A stretch of DNA of 64,000 nt. It comes from Paraspadella gotoi. Lineage: Eukaryota; Animalia; Chaetognatha. Under the pieces are notes generated by a model that searched no databases, had not been told where the DNA came from, and saw only the letters and a list, made by a program, of their open reading frames with translations. This document shows positions 58,045 to 64,000 of this stretch, piece after piece. The stretch lies in contig CM119263.1 in assembly GCA_051294375.1 (NCBI GenBank), positions 8,684,908-8,748,907 of the forward strand, given 5' to 3'. The first letter of the stretch is position 1; each line of letters opens with the position of its first letter. A program made the translations under genes and the position numbers.

Positions 58045-59624
58045 ATGGAAAAATCGCCGCCACCTTGCCGTAGCATTTGGAGGAGAAAAAGGTGAGAATA
58101 TACCAATATCGATTCTAGTCTAAATAAATTACATCGTTATTAATATATTATTCGGTCGCTGCAGCCGAACGCAACCACGAAATTAAATAATTTTCAAATG
58201 GTTTCTCTCCTTTCATTACCCCTCGGCCCAGAATCTCCCCATTTTCTTTTTTCCTCCTGTTCTTCTCATCGAGCTTATATACCTGGGACGTCGTGTCCGA
58301 CATGCTTCAAGCCCGATCCTACGCCGCGGCCGGGCAGACCTGGTGGTCGCGATTGACCATCGCCTTCGTGTTTCTGCCGGCGATCCCGGTGGCGCTGTTA
58401 TCTCTCTATTCGATCTGGGCTTCCGACGCTTACCCTTCGAAGCGGTGGCGAATTTTGGGAACGATCGCGTCGGCGACTTTGTTGGGTCCAGTTTTCGTTA
58501 ACTGCGCCTCGGTCGCGTTGGAGGAGGCGGAAGAGGACGAAGACGATAACGTCGGCCATCGTAGAAACTCTTCCGCAAACCTACATTCAACATCGCTCGC
58601 TCCAAACGACCACCCTTCTCCCTCCCAAAGCATCGCGTCAAAATCTTGCCAAAACTTTCGAGACGTCGTCGTTAAATTTTATCCGGTTTGTACGAGAACC
58701 TGGTATTCGCGCCCGCGAGACACAGCCTTGCTACTCATCTTCTTCGAGGTCTGCTACGAATCCCTGCCGCAAACTCTGCTGCAGATCTACATCGTGATGA
58801 CCACCAACGTGATCGTTGGCCAACAGGTGGTCACCGTCGCGACGAGCATCTTCGCCGGATTCTTCAACTGCGTCTGGTACAAAATCTTCTTTTACCGAAA
58901 ACTTTTCGGTTTCATGACGAACGAACGGTTGGAGAAGAACATTTTTCTAAAGAGGTTGGGCGACGCCTTGGGCCTCGCCCTTGCCTTAAACGGACCTTTT
59001 TTCTTCCTGGTCTCGGCCAATCTCGTCGCTACGCTACCCTTCGTCGGTCAGTCCGCGCTAATGTTCGTTCTCTGCATGGTCTTCTACAGTCTCTGTCTAG
59101 CATCCAACGCGGTCAAGTATTACCTGGGCCATTTGTTTTCCAAAGGCGAGGTTTTTGTTTTTAAAGTGGTGCCGATGCTGCCGCTGGTGTTTCTCGTAGT
59201 TTTGTTCTTCATGGCGGCGCCCATTTACTTATTGGGCATGATAGCGACTGCGTCCACGTTTTCGGAAAGGGGTGTGGTCAACATTATAGGGAGCATCTGG
59301 ATGGGAAAGGATCAACCCCTGCTCAACTTGACTACCGACTGCTCGTTGCTGTCGCGAGGCGGAACGTTTTACAACAATTTCACTTTGTGGGTCTCTTCTT
59401 CGGGATGGTCCGAGAATCTGAGAGAGTTTTGGGAGGCAGATTTGGTTTGCTTGACCGAAGCTTATCCCTTAATATCAACGATTTTCCGAGTAAATGCGTT
59501 AGTTATGGCAATAGAGACTTTGATAACTGTTTTATGCATGACGGTTCACGACGCGGCTAAGTTTCGCCGAGACTCTAACTCGATCTGCTACAAAATAAAA
59601 TCTCTCAGCCTCAAGAAGTTATGA
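58045..59624 (+). CDS. XK-related (XKR scramblase family) protein 1; exons 58045-58091, 58232-59624
   Basis: YTWDVVSD, LTIAFVFLP and EVCYESLPQTLLQIY motifs; multi-TM; phase-2 intron. Confidence 0.85.
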
Positions 59625-59856
59625 TCTTGAAACACAGATAAAAACCGGTGGGTTTCATTTTAAAAATAGGAAAAACGTTATGAAATAAATTTAAAAAAAT
59701 AGAATAATTGACAATTTTAAAGATTTGTCTGTCAATTTCTTAAATTGAAATTAAATATAAATTTACAAACTTTTTATAGGTTTATCTTTAATTTAATATA
59801 CGTACGTTGATTTTCATTTGAAAAGTTTTTTTTAATTTAGAATACAGGAAATAATT

Positions 59857-61368
59857 ATGACGAATTTAATGAACAATTCCGAAAAAGAGGATGACCATGA
59901 GGAAGTAAAAGGAATCAATCAACGGAATACCAGGTTTGGTTTTCATTGCTATAATCGAGCTTTTATTGAAAAAAGAAATGGCTAATGTATTTCTATTATT
60001 TCAAGATGCCTCCTTTCATATGTTATCGCATTTCTCGGTTCTTCCTTTTATGTTTGGGATGTGACAACTGATGTGTTGCAGGTAAAACAGTAATGCTCTC
60101 ACTCAATTACTAGAATTATATATATATATTTTTTGAAAGTTAAAAGTATCGGTTCTGAACTCTTTTAGGCACGATCATATATGGTTCATGGAGACATTTG
60201 GTGGTCACGACTGACCTTTGCCTTTGTTCTACTGCCTTATATCATTATTGCAATTATCACTCTTACTTTTATCAAAAACGAAAATAGGATGACAAAGCGA
60301 AGTAAGGTCTTTGCTTCGATTGCATCATTTTGCTTTCTCGGGCCAGTTTTTATCAAGTTTATGGCTGCGTCCAAAGAGAGACGATTCCCTAGGCATAAAA
60401 TTGATGACAACCTTGAGAGTTCTAAGTCGAATTCTGCGGGCATCAAAACATCCATAAATAATAAACTCAGTTTTTTCACGTGTTTCCTCAAAAAAATGAG
60501 AAACTGGAAGAGCGACCCAAATACTACAAATGAAATGATCACACTGATTGAGGTGAAATGTGAATCGGTTCCTCAGATGCTGTTACAAATTTATATCATG
60601 ATGAAAAGTAATCTTGTTACGGGGCAACAACTTTTAACGGTTTCAACTTCTATGTGGTCAACCATTTTGCATAATTTAAATTTCAATATGTGCTTTTACA
60701 AAAATGTGTTAAACTTTGTTTTTACAAAAGTTCAAAAAGGAAAATTTTTTATTGTTTTTTATACTGTGCTCTCGTTTTTTAATGGCGACAATATTTGTAC
60801 TTTTCTTTGGCTTCTATTTAACATTACTTTTTGTTTACCATTCATTGATAAAATCATTTATATTCTGATAATGACCTTTTTTGTTTTTCAATATTACTTT
60901 TTTATTATTGGTTTGAAATTCTATTTCGGCTGTTTATTTTCTGCAAGAAATGTATATATTTTAAAAAATTTTATCTGTTTTGTTATTTTATGTGCTGTAG
61001 TAACAAGTATTTTCTTTTCATTTGCACAAATTTCAAATAATGATTTTTTAAATTATTTTGTTGATATTCTTAATAATAGAAGTAACTTTACCTTTGGAAG
61101 TGAAAATATTCTTCGAACACAACTTTCTAGAAATGGTACGTTTTATACAAACTTTTTTTTCTGGTACTCTCAAGGAAATTTTATTGAAAATATTCTAGAA
61201 TTTTGGACCAATAATATTTTGTTTATGAATGATTTTTATTCTCATACATTAAAGTATTTCTACATCAGTTTTTATATGTTGCTGTTAGAATTTATATTAA
61301 ATACTTTTATAATGTTAATTCATGATATTATTTTATGTTTTAAAAATAATAAGGATCGTTTTAAGTAG
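59857..61368 (+). CDS. XK-related protein 2; exons 59857-59933, 60006-60081, 60169-61368
   Basis: YVWDVTTD and EVKCESVPQMLLQIY motifs; consistent splice phases. Confidence 0.85.
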
Positions 61369-61869
61369 ATGAAATATAGTACTTTTACTACTATTATTAC
61401 TATTACTATTACTCATGTATACAAAACATTTGTTATTCAAATTGATTGGGATAGAATTTTTAAAATAGTTATAAATATTTTACTGGATAAATTTTTGATG
61501 TTATAGTCCTACTTCAGAGAGAAGTGTTTTCTCTATTTATTTAAACCAGGCCATTTTGTACTAAGACGCAAAAAAGTGTATCAGTCATTTTTTTAAAAAT
61601 TAGAAGCTTGTACAAGCTCATACAATAACGTTTAAGTAATTGATTCATATTTAATCAAAACGGATAAGTATTTAAAAGTTGTATACAAGATTCAAGTCAT
61701 TTAAAAAATTTGTGGGGAAAAATCTATTTCAATTTTTAAGAATCTATTTTTTTTCTCTTTCTATGAAATGTTTAAATTATTTTTAATGTATAATTAGCTA
61801 AATTAATTGTTTGGATTTTTTCGCGGCGTTGTTTATTTCGTCCTCATTTAAGGTCGGTGTTCCCAGAAA

Positions 61870-63532
61870 ATGGAAAATTCAAACCAAACCAAGTTGATTA
61901 AAGGAAAATATGAGCTATGGTAAGTCATCTTTTCTCACTTGTAAAATCGGTACAATTGGTATTTTGCTCTCTTTCCTTTTTTGTAGTCTCGACAAAATGC
62001 CTTATTTAATGGTTCTACTTACTTCAGTGCTATACTGTTGGGACATTATGTCAGATATTCTTCAGGCTTTATCATATAGTAAATCTTACCATTTCTGGTG
62101 TGCTTATCTGACTTTAGGCTTTGTCTGCCTCCCAGCGATATTAATTGCTTTATTGACACTGTTTTTAGTATGGAAATCAGACGAATATCCTTCAACGATT
62201 TGGAAAGTAGTTGGAACAATCAGTGCACTTTTAATGTTGGGACCATTATTTGTACAGTTTTCATTGGTTCTGAAGAGGAAAAAAGAAATGGCGAATTTTG
62301 AAAAGAAAAATAACGAAGAAAAAGCAGAAAGTGGCGATACAGAGGAAGATTGCAAAACAGTGACGATGTTTTCAAATAAAATTTCAGAAGATTTGGTTGA
62401 AATAACTCAGCTTGAAGAGTTGCAAACGACTGAATCAAAAGGCATCGGTTGCAATTTAAAAGCGGCTCATTATGTCAGAGAAACTGTCATGAATAACTAT
62501 CCTTTATTCTCAAAAAATTGGTATTGTGATCCAGAAAAACTTCTCCCCATACTTTTATTCATTGAGGTACATTATGAATCAATGCCACAAACAATTTTTC
62601 AAATTTACGTATTACTGATAACCAACGTAGTGACTGGTCAGCAAATAGTTACAGTTGCTACTAGTATCTTATCAGGATTTCTCAGTAATGTATCCTACAA
62701 ACTCTTATTTCATAAACATTTTTTAAACTTTCTTTTCTGTGGATTACCAAAACAGTCCCATTTATTTAGAATAATATTGGGATTTGTAGCATTTGGAGTG
62801 TCATTAAACATATCTTTTCTCTTGTTGGTTACTGGCTACATGGTTGCTGCCAGACTCTACATTAATCGACCTCTAATAATCTTTCCTCTTGGTATGGCAT
62901 TTTATACTATGCTTCTTACCATTACATCGATGAGGTATTACATTGGATCATTATTTTCAAAAACGGATGAGTATGTCTTCAAATCGGTTGTTATTTTTGC
63001 TCCAACGATTATCATTAATGCTCTTTTTACCGCAATACCGATTTTTATTGGTGGATCAGCTGTATCATCAACTATAATTATCAATAACGACCATATTTTT
63101 AATGGTAAATTGGAAAAAAATTAATATTCTTCTTTATAAATTAATCAAGTATGACCCTTAGAGTTTTTCAGTTAAAAAAAATAGGTTTACCTAATTTTTT
63201 GCGATGAAACAGGTACAACTTATGTGGAACATTTACAGAATTCATGGACTGGCTATGAAAATTTCATTCTCAACACTCACTGCAACAAATCATTGCTGTC
63301 TCGTGACGGCGCATTTTATGACAATTATTTGCTATGGTTTTCAATGGGAAAAAATTGGACAGCCAATTTTGTTGAATTTTGGGAGGTTGGTCTCTTTTGC
63401 ATAAACAATGCTTGGTCCTCCATTTATAGCGCTTTTAATTTTAATATAATCATTTTCATCTTTGAAACCATACTCATTATTCTCTTTATGATCCTTCATG
63501 ACTTGCAAAAACTTAAGAGAAATTGGAAGTAA
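61870..63532 (+). CDS. XK-related protein 3; exons 61870-61919, 61987-63104, 63213-63532
   Basis: YCWDIMSD and EVHYESMPQTIFQIY motifs; a phase-1 intron joins the two ORFs. Confidence 0.85.
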
Positions 63533-64000
63533 AGAAGTAAGCAATTAATAAAACAATAATAATAAAATTACTCGATTTTAATTTCCCTAATGATAATCTA
63601 TAAATTTCTGTCTCGGTCTTTATTTTTAGCCACGGCTACAGCCTTGATTCTTTATTATTTTACTTTTATACTACACTATACTATACTATAATATACTTTG
63701 GTTTGTCTGTTTGTAATATAAAAAAATAAAAAAAAATAAAAAAAGATACCCACTTCAATATTATACGTTTTTACAGATCCAATAAGAAAAAGAACGAGGA
63801 GGATGATAAAGAGGCGAAATTCGAAAGGGCTTTTGAAAAGTAAAGAAAGATAAGTTCTTTGATAAAGGATTAAACTAATGCCGTGATTACTTAGTAGACT
63901 GGATCTTGTATGTGTATGAATAGAGATTTTATATTCTTTTTGCTTAAATTTGAATCATTATTTTTTAATGTTTAAAGAAAAAATTTGTTTTAAGCACATT

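Overview
AT-rich, microsatellite-rich animal (probably invertebrate) genomic DNA with spliced genes and several N-gaps. Genes reconstructed by hand from splice sites: two tandem secreted multi-EGF genes, a GPI-anchored Ly6/uPAR (three-finger) gene whose 4.7-kb first intron holds two same-strand divergent ionotropic-receptor-like genes, a sarcospan-like gene, two intronless C2H2 zinc-finger paralogues, MORN1, a SET-domain gene with an intronic tRNA-Glu, and three tandem XK-related genes. The standout is a ~1.2-kb non-autonomous LTR element at 36682-37906 with TG..CA LTRs, a PBS, a PPT and a 4-bp ATAC TSD. Each LTR contains a tRNA-like module directly followed by a type-P5 twister-ribozyme-like fold, which would make it an animal twister counterpart of plant hammerhead LTR retrozymes. 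Nearby is a head-to-head pair of Penelope-type minimal hammerhead repeats, one split by a TTAA-TSD MITE. The first 8 kb is a giant fold-back, most likely a long-read or assembly artefact. All alignments and folds were made by eye, not computed.
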